From positions 105,185 to 169,184 of the forward strand of contig DF237103.1 of NCBI GenBank assembly GCA_000708835.1: a stretch of 64,000 nt of DNA. Reading direction: 5' to 3'. Every line of letters begins with the position of its first letter. Position 1 is the first letter of the stretch. A program made the position numbers and the translations under genes. Under the pieces are notes generated by a model. It did not search any database and had not been told where the DNA came from. It was given only the letters and a program-made list of their open reading frames with translations. This stretch comes from Klebsormidium nitens (taxonomy: Eukaryota > Plantae > Klebsormidiophyceae). Below are positions 40,147-52,363 of the stretch, piece by piece.

Positions 40147-43100
40147 ATGGATGCATTCAGGAAGCAGCTGGATGATTTGATGGGGGCGAATCGAAATGGA
40201 GATAGCCGGGAGGTTGACCACAAGTATTATGACCGGGCTGTGTGTAGATTGTACCTGTGCGGTCTCTGCCCCCATGAGCTCTTCGTCAACACGGTAAACA
40301 TCAGCCTCCTCATGTGTTGTCAACTCCTTACTTCTGCGCCTGGACACGTGATTCGCAAATGTCAAGGTTTTCCTGGGCAGCTGTTTGATTGGAGTGGTCT
40401 TCCTTGTACGAATGATGTTCTGTTCTCAATAATAATTGTGGTAAAGGTCAATAAAATGTGGGGCTTTGATTGGGTTGCACGAGGAACGATTCTAGCTGTG
40501 GCCTAGTGTGGGTTGTGCTGACTGGATACACTCTACATGCAGTGCGTAATCCAGCCCACCTTAATGTTGCATCGTGTTGGTTTGCTCATGACCAATTCAA
40601 AGTTGTTCTCTGCGACTTACATGGAAATTCACGCTTGTCATCTTCAACTTGTCCTTATGGTAAATTCTTTATGATCGGCGCATATCTGTCTGCTTAGCAA
40701 ATTTGTTCACATCAGGGTGCTCTTTTCTATACCAGAAGTCCCTTCATTTCACTGAGGTTGTGGTCTTGAAAAGCAAGGACCTGAAGAAACCCTCGAAAGT
40801 AAAGAAGGGGGCATGTGTCCGCACGCTTCCTCAAATTGAGTACCGGCTTTGTACAGAAAATGGACATGGGCCCATGCCCAAAGGCGCATTCCGTGAAACT
40901 GCGCCGTGATTACGAGGAGGCGCGGAAGAAAGGCAAGGAAAATTACGACCGGGAGTTGGAGGATGCGCTGCTCAAGATCATCGACGAATGTGACCGCAAA
41001 ATTCAGCGAGCTCTCAAGAGACTCCAGGACGAGGACACGGGTGTGGCTACGGCAGTCCCGGTATCCAGGTCGACTAAGGTCAGTCAAAGTGCAGCACACG
41101 CACATTATTTTACGACATCTCGTACTGGTGCACTTTTTGAGATCTACAGAGCACGGATTGTCTCTCTGAGAGCGCAAAGGAGATAGGTACTAGAGTTTCA
41201 CATCGGGAGCGCATTTTGGAATGCGGCTGTCCAAGGAGTCTAGAGAAGAGATTGAGGGTGGTTATGAGCCGGATTGGTCAATGGGAAGAACAGGCTTCTA
41301 TCGACCTATTTCCTGCTCAGAGAAGAGCTAAGACATCGTTGGTTGTCGAGTCCCTAAACCAGTGCAATGTTCTGCGGATGCCAACTCTTGCTTTCCACCA
41401 TCTGCCAGTCCCGTCTTGTCCCCCAGGGAGTATGGTATGGGAGAACGTATGCGATATATCTCTTTGATGATCAATGTTTTGCTCTCTCTTCGCAGACTCC
41501 CGAGTCCCTGGAGATCAGCAACGAGATCAGGAAAAAGCAGCAGGAGGCAGAAGAGTGTGGTACGTTGGCTCATTTCTTTTGTAAATACCCACTTTGCAGA
41601 CCTCTTTTAGCAGCGCTTCAATTCTTGTATACCACGCTTAGAAGGACGATTTCTTCTGGCGTCTGTGGATTACCAGCTGACAAGTGTACATGGCCTTCCT
41701 ACGAGTGTTGACATACTGACGCTCATCAATTGTCTGCAGAACTGGCGGGGAAGTCTGATGACAAGCTTAAAATGATGGACGTGATCGAGGCGCTGAAGGC
41801 AAAGAGGGCAGAGATCCAGGTACTTACACTCCCTACTTTCAACAAGAGCCGCCACAGTAGCTTTTTGCGTAAGAAAAATGTACATCAGCACTCCATGCTC
41901 CAGTTTGTCTGTTCTGGTCACGCAGTATTTACGAGGGCTTCAGTGAACAGGCCAAATCTACTTCAATCCGGTTTTTGTAAGGGTCCACTCTCGTTTTTGC
42001 AGGCTGCCGCCCTCCTGGAAGCTTTCAACAAAGACAAGCAGCTGGGAGTGCCTGTCCCGCCCCCTCCCCCTCCCCCGCTGCCCTCCCCCCCTCCCCCTGA
42101 CCCCAGTCAAGCCCCCCCCGGTGGACCCCTTGATCCAGCAGCACATTGACGAGAAACTGAAGCAAGCAGAGCAAGCCGGTATGGTTTCATTCTATGTCTC
42201 TTTGCAAGTTGATATCAATGACTACCTCGTACAAAGTCCGGGAAAGCATCCATTGCTCGTTCCTGGTCCGACACAGAGAGAAGTCGTTCCTGGTTTGACA
42301 CAGAGAGAAGTTTTGAAGAATTGTGAATGTGGGCTACACAAGTCTCGAATCTGAAAAGGGGGTGGTTGCTGCAGGTGAGTCTGGCCAGGTGGATGAGGCG
42401 CAGCGCTTGATGGACGAAGCAGAGGCCCTCAAAAAGGTAAGCAGCTCCGAATCCAGAGTGAACAAGCAGAAACATCATTCCCTGGCATGGGCCCGAAAAT
42501 GTGCATTGTTCGCAGAGTGCATTGATTCTGCAACACTCTCTGTTTAGTGCTCAGTGATTGTTGCGCTCCTGCTCGGGACTGCTCCGGTTGATCTTTTCTG
42601 TCAACTGGTTATGCCAGTTTCTCTGCCAGGACAACCAGAGATGCTGAAAGCAAGCGCAGGGTTGCAAGTCGAGGCTTTCGGTTTGCATAGGTTTTGGAAA
42701 TGCAGTAAGTGTCATGTTTCTCCCCGCCTACTAATTGTCCGTGCTGCTTTTGCAGAGAGCAACGACTGTGGTTGTACCCGAGCCTCCTCGTGTACTGCAG
42801 CAAGTGGACAGCCGCATTGTAAGTTTCGTCACTCTTCGTTTTCAACCCTGCGTTGCCTCGCTTCGCTCGAGGCTATTTGCTGTTGCTTGTGGCCAATATC
42901 CGTCAAGATTGATGTTTTGCATGCCTCGATTGATTGGACGCTCGCGCTTCAATCCAAGGTCGCTTCGAACTTTTTTCTATCTTCTGAGTTACCAGGCTCT
43001 GGCAGAATCGTCAGATTGGGTGTTCACTGACGTACCTTGGTGCTTGCAGACGGATCAAAAGCTGCGTGTCTGTGACATCTGCGGAGCCTTCCTCAGCATC

Positions 43101-45625
43101 TACGACAAGTAAGCCGGCACCCTTGCTTGATGTCATCGAGAGTACTACTTACGAGATTCGAGTTGCGCACTTCCGGTCGCATTTGCATATTGAGCTCACA
43201 AACCCTGCCGAAGTTGACAGCAGTGAAGGACACACCATCGAGGTTTAAGTCAAGCAGCTGCGCACAGAGGGCACGAAGTATCAACTCGTTTCGATGCACA
43301 GAACGTGATTTGCGGTTCAGGCTTTGTTGATTCTTGAGAGAGTTGTTCTTAGCCACACAACGACCTCTGGAGTGTGCGTTTTACTTGATCTTGGTAGGCT
43401 CTGCTTTCTTCTTACTCCCGGTTTCATCGATCGGGAGCGATGGCATGGTGACAGTGCATCTCCCCCGCAAGCTTCTTATGTTCGAGGCAACACGGCTGTG
43501 GGGCATACTTCTCTGTGTCTCAGCATTTTCCGGCAGATGGGTCGGAGCCAAAACTGACACGCCAGTTGACTATCTAAAGTCAAGCAAAAGTTGCCCCCCC
43601 TGCAAAGCTCCTCTGATGAGGGCGCCTGTCCGTCGCTGCAGCCACCAGCGCCTTGCTGACCACTTTGGGGGGAAGCTCCACATCGGTTACTGGGAGCTAA
43701 GGGAAAGACTCTTGAAACTCAGGGTGGGTGCACGTTTTTCTTGCTCGCGTCTCACCCCGTCTGAGCCTGTCCTATTTCTGTGTTGCCTGTGAAAAGGAAT
43801 GCGAACACGGGGCTAACGGACCACCTGGGGGGGAAGCTGCACGTGGGCTACATGGAAGTGCGCAACAAGCTACACGCGATCAGGGTACGCGCAAAGAGTA
43901 TGGGACGGTCCCGTCGGATCTCGCTCACGAGCTTTTGACGCTGTTTGCTTGATGACGTCCGGTCTGCACTTGTTGGGGAATCGTTACAGCGTTGAATGCT
44001 GGTGGTTTGTTTCATTTGACCGATAAACCATGCAACTGTTCTGGAACCGTGCTATTTTTCAGGAAGCGGGATATTGAGAACAACATGTTCTTTTTTGCAC
44101 TCGTCTTTTCTGCACGAAGTTCGTCCTCGTAAAGCAAGAGAAGGCGTATGTCTTCTCTATAGTTCACTACATCCTCGTGATTCTGTTCTCCAGCGTTTAT
44201 AGGTCCAGGCAACATAACTGCCCGTCTTTTGAGGTGGTCGTAAAGGCTGTTGCGGAGCAGAGATTGAAGACAGGCTGGCTGACTCTTCGAAATTTCGGTT
44301 ACAAAACGCTCGCTCTGCACGTTTCGTCGCCCTGTTTGTTAGGGCATCATTCTTCTCAGTCTTCGTTCACCCGGTTCCCTGTGGGCAACTCTTTTCTTCA
44401 GATTCCACGACCCGCGCAAACTGGCAGCCGTAAATGCAGAGAAATGGACGGTGTGCCTTTTTGCAGGACGAGCGCTTGAAGGGCAGAGATGAGCTTCCCC
44501 CGCCGCCCCCACCTCGAGAGAAGGAGCGCGAGCGAGACCCGGAGCGCCCCCGCGACAGAGATAGGGAACGGGACAGGGAGCGCGACAGAGACCGGGACAG
44601 AAGGAAGCGGGAACGGTGAGGCTTTTTTTTTCACGGACCTGCTCCTATGAATGACTGTAGCGCCAGTTGTAGAGCTTAGACAGCGTGCTCAGTTGGAAGG
44701 GGTTTGCATGCAATTCATAGCGCGATTGCAATCTGCTGGCATGCGGATGAAAAGGTTGTGTCTCATCCTGACAGAAGCTTCATTGAAATTCATATCAGGA
44801 AACGGGGTAGCCCGGCATTTTGTAGAGGTGATTCGAAACAGAGTCTCTGATCCGACTCTCTAGGGAAAGATCGAAAGCCAGTAAGTGAAGCGAAGCAGCT
44901 CTCCAGATCAACGGCTTTCTGTTTTTTTTGAAGTAACAACCTATGACTGAACATCTGTTCCTCTGGTCAAGCAGCATTTGAAAGGTTTGCAAATTAACGT
45001 TTTATTTTCTGGGCGGCTCTTGAAATGGTCAATCGAGCCTCTTCCAAGGTTCGGCTAAAGAATCTCAAGCTTTTGGGACATTCTAGCATGCATCTAGGCT
45101 TTAGATGTCATTCATGTTATCCTGGAAAAGCGTCTTTTCATGTTAGCCCGGAACAGCGTCTCTTCCCTTGGGCCGGAATTCTAGTTGTGTTTGAATGCGC
45201 ACTCCAAATTTCCAGGTCGAGATCCCCAGTACGGGAGCGCGAGCGACACAGTCATCGTGAGAGAGACCGCGACAGGGACCATGAAAGGTACAGGTAAGTC
45301 TATTTTGACTTTCTCTAACAAACCATTTGTGATGGCCCAGTCGCTCGCCTTCAGTTTTTACCCAGAACATCAGCATCGATTTGTCAAGCGTCCTTAGTAA
45401 CTTACTGCAGATTGTGCAAGCGGGTTTTGCAAAAAGTGGCTCCAAGCTCGTGTTGCCATCATGTTCGTTTCACATTATTCTGAATTCAGATCGTTGTGAC
45501 CGTAGCATCCATCCTGAACTGGTCCCTTTATGAGTTCATCTCGGTCTACCTCATTCTGGTAATCTGCTCATTGTTGCAGGGATCGTGATGATAGAGGAAG
45601 AGGTCGTGATAGAGATCGTCGGTAG
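40147..45625 (+). CDS. LUC7: LUC7 U1 snRNP auxiliary protein (two zinc fingers, RS/RD-rich tail); about 408 aa
   Basis: Exons 40147-40293, 40857-41078, 41496-41559, 41740-41819, 42003-42178 (apparent +1 frameshift in a poly-C run), 42375-42436, 42756-42818, 43050-43108, 43642-43723 (or alternative 43797-43884), 44467-44615, 45216-45293 and 45580-45625. Motifs: MDAFRKQLDDLMG, VCRLYLCGLCPHELFVNTKMDMGPC and QKLRVCDICGAFLSIYD...RLADHFGGKLHIGY. Confidence 0.93.
43797..43884 (+). CDS. LUC7: Candidate alternative (mutually exclusive) LUC7 exon encoding the C-terminal half of zinc finger 2
   Basis: 88-nt segment with an AAG acceptor after a pyrimidine-rich tract and an AGG|GTACGC donor. Same phases (2 to 0) as exon 43642-43723; translates (K)NANTGLTDHLGGKLHVGYMEVRNKLHAIR with no stop. 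Confidence 0.65.
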
Positions 45626-45963
45626 GACTTTCAGTCCGTTTTTTGGCAGACTTTGTGAGCAGTTGTTGGGTACAATGAAAGATCCGGCACACCGTTCGGA
45701 GATCGGGAATGCAACCATACTTCTTTGCCTGTGCAAGCTGAGATGAAGCTTGTTTGTGCATATTGAACCACGCAGTGGTGCATGCAGTTGACTTCACACA
45801 ATGCCACATGCAACCGAGCATTGAGTTGGGCTTGAAGGAGACTTTGACCGGGCTTGTCGGACAAGATTGTGACTCTGTCAGATCGGAAGAAACATCACCT
45901 TCGGTTCTCGGCGAATTGACCAGAAGTTCACCCGCTCTGTGTGTTTCTATAGACCCCAAGTAG

Positions 45964-46009
45964 GTACTACCGGTACTTAGAGGCTAGGATTGGTACCGTA
46001 CTACCGTAC
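45964..46009. promoter_or_regulatory. Cluster of five GTAC cores (two as CCGTAC), possible SBP-box/SPL binding array
   Basis: GTAC occurs at 45964, 45973, 45993, 45998 and 46006. Function is inferred only. Confidence 0.3.
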
Positions 46010-46923
46010 TCGGCCCGTAGCCTATGTGCCATGTGGGCTTGAGAAGTTGAGCCTCATTCTTGCATATGTGCATTTGTCCATGAGCTCCTGAATCTTGACG
46101 GCCGCGGGCGCCGGGGCGGCGTGCATATGCCGGCTGGGTTTGGTCTGTCCTGTTTATTGTATCATCACCCAGCCGGTCGGAGCCCTGTTTTTGTGTTGGA
46201 TGTCATGCGCTGGTTGTATCCTTACCAGTTTGAATATCCTTGACACCCATTTTTGGGAGGATCGATTTGCAAGTAAACCACATTTGCAAACCAGAAACGG
46301 ATCTTTCAAAGGGATTGCCTGGATTTCCAGTCTGGACTCTGGAGTTGTCCCGACTCCTGCATGGCACTGGCAGCAGTGTGAAGGAGGTGGTCGCTGATGA
46401 CAATGTTCTCGAATCTCTTCTCATGTGGCCGGTGCCCATGAAAGGCATAGGGCTGATTGCTTACTCTGCTGAGACGCAAGTCGATCACGATGCGTCCTAG
46501 GTTTGTGTCAAAATCTCCCTCTCTCAGCAACTAGGTAGATAGCAGTAGTTGTGGTAAGGCGCTAGATTGCGGTGTAGTGGCAAGCACAGCAGCTCAATGA
46601 AAAGGTTGCGAGGTCCCATGCAGAGTTCAGCTGGCATCTGCAGCGGACGTTGAAGAAGGGGTACCCTCCCTTGTGGCCCGTGCGCTGATTGGTGGTGAAA
46701 TTCTGCACTCTCGTGAAAATTGGGGCCTCATCTATCATGGTAGAATGGGGCATCATCTGATGTGATGCAGATGAAGGTGGACCTGGCATGGCTGCCGATA
46801 CAGCGTTTGGAAAGGGTCAATGTTGCTATCAGGCGCTTTCCGGTCGCTGACAAGAGGGGTTCTTACTCAGCAACGTAATCATAGAATGAGGTGCCTCAGC
46901 CCCCAGCAGACTTTCTTTTGTAG

Positions 46924-47482
46924 AAAGGCACCATGGCTGTGCCGGTGACCCTTTTCCTGGTGCTCTTCGTCCCTGCCCTCCTCATCTTCTTTACCTGCCT
47001 GATGAGCTGCTTCATGATGTTGACTCCAAACCGGCTCTCACATTTTGGAAACCGCCAAAAGCCATCAGCCCGGCACAAACCACCACTCAGCCTAAGCATT
47101 GGCGCTGGGGGCGCCGTCGAGTCGGATCTGGATGGCCCGAGAGGGCCGGAGGCAGGTCTGAACAAAGGGGTCGACGTTCGTGTCAACATAGAGCCAAACG
47201 GAGAACTGCTGGCAGATGAGAGGAGTAGTATAATGTCCGCAGGGGTTCTGTTAAGCGATGGCAACCGGGCAGGGACACCGGGGGGTGCTTCTGACGGAGA
47301 GGGGCAACGGACACCAAAAGCCAAGGTCAAGATGCCGAGGGGATCTGGAAGAAGCTCGCCACGCTTCCTGGATCTGGGCCCAGGAGGTGGCCTCGCTAGA
47401 GCGACCAGTGCGCCTGTTCCTGAGCTTGAAATTGTGGACCTTCTACTACTCGAATCTGTATCAACAGAGGGAGGAGGTGAAC
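46924..47482 (+). CDS. Exon of an uncharacterised protein with one hydrophobic (TM or signal) segment followed by a Gly/Ser/Glu-rich disordered region; full gene model unresolved
   Basis: Strong acceptor CTTTCTTTTGTAG at 46923 and GTGAGT donor at 47483. Open frame (ORF 46933-47808) with VPVTLFLVLFVPALLIFFTCLMSCFMM, in which third codon positions are mostly G/C. Confidence 0.4.
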
Positions 47483-48942
47483 GTGAGTACCGACGCTCTG
47501 CCCTTCATTACGATAGAAAAGGTGGCCAATCATCATTTCTCCTTGTACATCTGGGAAGAACCGGAAGGCCGGAAAAGTCGTTGATTGGCAAGATCTTTTC
47601 CATCTCAGCTGCCTTGAAGACGTGTCGTCTGCGTTTGCCTTATGGACCACTTCAGCGTAGAGAATGCTCTTTGCTGCTTGTCGGTACTTCAGTCTGTCCA
47701 AAAGAGACCTGCTTATCTGCCAATAATACAATTGCATCAAGGTCACGCCGTAGGAAAAAAGCTGTCGGCATTTGCAATCACTCCTCAAAAGTGTTTCCCC
47801 TACCATGAGAATCTTTTCCTTTCTCCTCCCCCATTATTAGGCTGGTTCTATATGGAGATTGCTTGTATCAGTCTGATCGTTGTTCTAGAACCAAGCCTGC
47901 TAATGCATAAGATAACCGTAAAGAATATTGTAGAAGCACGTCCCCAACTTTGGGAATGCCCTGCGAAATGTGCTCAAGCATCATGCCTGGTGCAGAAGTT
48001 GAGAGCCTCGATGTGCCCGGTCTTGCATGCAGGAACGGTATGATAGAAATGAGGAAGTGGAATTTTTGCTCGAAAGAGCAAATCCAAGATGAGTATACAA
48101 GAGTTTGACCCCGATCAGGTCAAGCTTGAGGATTGGCATCGCCGAGATGCTGATGATGATTCGCGGTCAGCTTCAGCAATTAATTGTTGCCTGGCAAATG
48201 AAAATCGCTGGGAGTAGTTTCGAGTGCAAGCGCAAGCGACAACGCGTCTGAGTTCTTTTTGAGAGGCTATACATTCACTTTCCTTCTTAATGAGATCTGA
48301 TCTGCAATTCTCGATTTCCGATCCGATAAACAATTGAATACTGATGAGAAAACAGTTTTCTATATCTTGTACTCGTCCGTGAAAAGATTGATTGGTCCAT
48401 TGGCCAAGTCAAATGTCGATTCCTGCGCTACTCCAAGTAGTACAGCCTCAGTGCCAAGCAAGGAATATGCATGCATCAATGAGCGACGTATACTCACAAA
48501 GATCGCACTGTAGTGGATCCAAAGTCCATAAAGCATCATCCTCATAAGATCCTGTTGGTTCAGAAACACCGTACCAGGACTGATATTTTTGACGGCCCGA
48601 CTTTTGTGGCTTATATATATAAGGCCGGGCCGCCGGCCACCCTCCCGATCTCTTCTTCGAGGAGAGGAGCGTATAGCGCATTGATTTGGAAGCAATGTTC
48701 TTCATTGCTGTGGTCCTACTTCCTCAGTGAGCACAATAACTTGACTCGGTCCAGCCATGCATCAACTCATGGGGCACCATAGTGCAGATTGAAAGTATTG
48801 AGGGCACACAAGAAATGATAAGAGGTGTCGTGCTCCACTCGGAAAGTGTCATGATGCCGACACTTGTTTCAGGACGCAATTATCATACAGTACGCAATCA
48901 TCACACAAGTTCCTTCAGCCCTCTTCGAAGCCCACCTAACAA

Positions 48943-51847
48943 TCAATCAATGCCAGCATCCCGCATCTCGACATCTCCATCCTCGTCTCTGCCCGTTTCC
49001 CTCCTTCTCCCCACACCACCACCCCCTTGCTCCGTCCCTCTGTCTTGCGTTCCGCTGCCACTTGCACCTGCGGTTCCTCCATTTGAACCCGCACCCGAAC
49101 CCGAACCCGACCCAGATGTCGAAGGCCCCCCCTGCCCTCCCCTGTTTCCTCCAAACAGATTCGAGAAGAATCTCATGTTGTTCACAAAGCCCCCCGACGG
49201 TTGGTTCGGCCCCCTGGATGCGCCCCCCGCTTGTCCTGCTGCTGAGGTGGACGGCTGACCGGGGCCCCGTCCGGCCTGCCACTGACCCCCCTGGCGCGCT
49301 TGTCGAATGTTCTCGTAGTCAGGGTCCTCTGTCGGAAGTTCGTATCTGCAATTATCCAGGATCAGGCTCAACGTCAGCCTCCATCATGATAGCAAGAATT
49401 AACGAGTTACACACAGGGAGGCACGGACAAGGGCAGAACCTCCTGCTGGTCTGTAATCGTTCTCTTGAGTGTTCATGAAGAGATTGAGGTCAACACTGGG
49501 CGCGAAGATCGAATGGTCACCGAATCTGCCCAAAAATTGAGAATCTGCAACCGAAGATGTTGACCTGCGTGTCTATACTTAGCTTCAATCAAAGCCGGCT
49601 CCCTACAAACCCGTTAACAAAACAACAATTTTCACAAGGTGCTTACTCTACTTGAAACGTGTAACTACGGAAGTGGGCACAATCGCGAATATGGCTCGGG
49701 TTGGGAAGGGCCATAATCAGACCTGTCGCAATTGGCTGGTGTCAAGTCCAAACAACTTCCTGCAACTACGCCAAAATGCTCCAAACCGAAACCCGTTTTG
49801 AAAAGCTTGTCACAGACCTGCAGACGGGACATGTGTTGTGCTGCTTCAACCAGGGCAGAATGCAGTCGGGATGGTACAGGTGCTTGCACGGCATTTCCTT
49901 GGCATCGTCCCCCAGCTCGAACGTGTCCTTGCACACGGCGCACTGCTTCTCCTCTGAACCGCTGGCCAAGACCTCCTCTGTGATTTTGAGCGACTTGAGT
50001 GCAGCCACTGCGGAGGCTGAGGCGGGGGGTGGCCCGTGCCGGTTTGGGTCCTGCAAGGTGTGAAAAGTAGTGTCAAATACCTAGTACGGAACTTGCCTTC
50101 ATATTCAAATCCTGCACACCGAAACCACCCCTTGTGTGAAAAGGTATCCAAAGTGGGAGTAGCGCCTGCAGCAAGGAGCTCACAAAGGCAAACCATGAAT
50201 TCTGCACGACTATTTAGTGCTCAAACACATTGCCTTCCAACACATTGACGAAGCAAAACAGGGGCAATGGGAGCCTGCCAAACTGTAGCAACGGCCTCTT
50301 TGAAACTCAGTGATCAATTCGAAGTGACGCAAAGCAATCAGAGAATGCCCTCTCTACAGCGCCTCCATCGGCGTTGTTTGCCGCAGCAAAAATCCAGATT
50401 TTTGCTTAGTCCGCTACTTTTAACCATGAAACTCCTTTAATAAGGCTTTGCAAGAAAAACGTGGTTGCAAGAAAAACGTGGTTGTTTGGAAAGCCACTGA
50501 AGATGCTTTGGGCAAAGACAAGACAGCAGAGGCGGGCCTTTGATCCTCCGTCCTTGACGCTCTGACCATCCATAGTGAAAACAACGCACGAAGCTCTAAG
50601 ACTTGCTTGAAAGGCACCATAGTACAGTTCGAACAGCAAGTGTCAAACAAGCATCCACTAGGCAGGTTCCAACAGGAGCTCAACAGACAGGCAAAAGAGT
50701 CTACAGAACTGCCTGATGCTAGCTTGTCCGTCAGCAAATGTAAAAATGGTCACATCACAGACGGTGGCAACATCAAAATGGGTCTAAGTAAACACCATGC
50801 TGTGTGCCTACTTTCGGAGGACCTTGAAGTCTGTGGCCTTCGCAGCACAGATGAAACTTCTTCATCAGAAACACTAGCCTTCAATGCCCCAAAGAAGCAT
50901 GCAAATAAGCATGGCCATACTTAGCATGGACGTGCCTCTGCTTGTCCAATGAACCAACCAGCCTTACTGCATGCTCCAAACACAACTATATGATGCACAC
51001 AGATCACAGGACAAGTGCCGTGATGAACAGGCCCTCTCATGGTGTTTCTTCTTTTTGAAAGATGCAATGGGATGCTACTCACCAGTGGTTCCGGAAACTA
51101 AAAGAAGACCCAAACAAAAACTCCAAGAAGAGGCACCAGTGCATGACAAACGATGGACCAAAAAGCAATCAAGAAAAGAGCCAGCTCTGCAAGCTGCTGC
51201 ATGGCCTCTTCAAGCATGGAGAACAGGATTCAATGATCAAGCAAGTGACAAGGATCACACCAGCACAGCGTTATGGGGTTTGGCAGTGAGCATACCTGAG
51301 CTGCAAGCTGCTCCAGCAATTGCTCCATATTGCCCCAATGGTAATCCCCCATCTGTCCAGGTACTCTGTTCCCAGTGCCATCGTCAACCACTACTTGAAT
51401 ATTCCCGCCCAGAAGTCCAAGGATCGCCTGAAGTGGGCTCGGCGCGTTCAGAGGCTGTCCTGACTGCCCCCTGCCCATGTTTGGAGGTGCCCCCATCCCT
51501 GCCAGCATCTGCGAAATGATGTCAATGGGATTGTCTCCAGGTCCAAACCCAGTCGCGTTGGTCTCCACTCGGAAAGTTCCTCCTCCATGGCCGGAGTCGT
51601 ACCCAAACCGAAAGACTGCAGGCCCAGGATCAAAAGGGTTTAAGCCAGTGCCAAAAGGAGGGGCCATAGGATTGGGCGGCTGTTGCGCTGCGCCGCCAGC
51701 TTGAACCCCTGGCGCTGGTTCGGTCATTTCCTCCATAAAACCTCCCCCGCAAGTTGGGCAAACGAGCTCGCCATCGGACGAAGGCGCAACGCGGACCTCC
51801 TGCATGCACTGGTGACACCAATACCGGGTAGCTGCAGCTGAAGACAT
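48943..51847 (-). CDS. RING-H2 E3 ubiquitin ligase with N-terminal zinc ribbon (RNF126/RING1-like); about 395 aa
   Basis: Exons 51847-51296, 50050-49818 and 49345-48943 total 1188 nt. Motifs: RYWCHQC...LVCPTCGGGFMEEM, MGDYHWGNMEQLLEQL, GPPPASASAV and [46 protein letters not shown]. Confidence 0.93.
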
Positions 51848-51986
51848 CCTGGGCGCCGTAAGGACGTTGTTCCTGGAGGAAAGTACTTGCTGTGGAGGGG
51901 GTGCCAAGCGCCTCTGAGTCTTGGTGCTGAGGACAAGTGGAAAATTTCCAGCCTGATCGCGAGAGTTCGTCTCCCTTGGCCTCCGA

Positions 51987-52002
51987 TTTTAGGGTTTTAG
52001 GG
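51987..52002. repeat. (TTTTAGGG)2 telomere-type/telo-box motif upstream of the RING E3 start codon
   Basis: TTTTAGGGTTTTAGGG seen directly. A related AAAACCCTAACCCTAA lies at 9284-9299 in helicase intron 1. Confidence 0.6.
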
Positions 52003-52363
52003 TAGCGAAGTTCGAGTGTTGGGTGGCGCCATATCGACGGTCATGATTTGCAGGCGGACGCGCGCACACGCACATCACTTCACGCTGTTGCACTGCACAC
52101 CTCCCTGTTGAAAAGCATGCGGCCGGATTGATGCCCCTTCTTTCTTAGAAAACAGATTTGGACAGAAATGGACAACACCCAACAGTCTTTCACACTTTTG
52201 ATATTTTCACGTCAGCCGCCCCTCCTTCGTTGACGGCAGAGGTGCTGCGACGAGCTCCTCACATATGTAAGTAAGACACTCCCACAAGACAAGGAGCCAG
52301 TAGTTTACACACCCTGATCAAGCTTGGTGGCTGCTTCCAGCTCACTTGACACCTACCTCAGCT

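Noticed and set aside
46933-47030. COPT/Ctr copper transporter suggested by MxxxM (MSCFM)
   Set aside because: There is no following third TM helix with GxxxG and no Met-rich N-terminus; the motif is probably chance.
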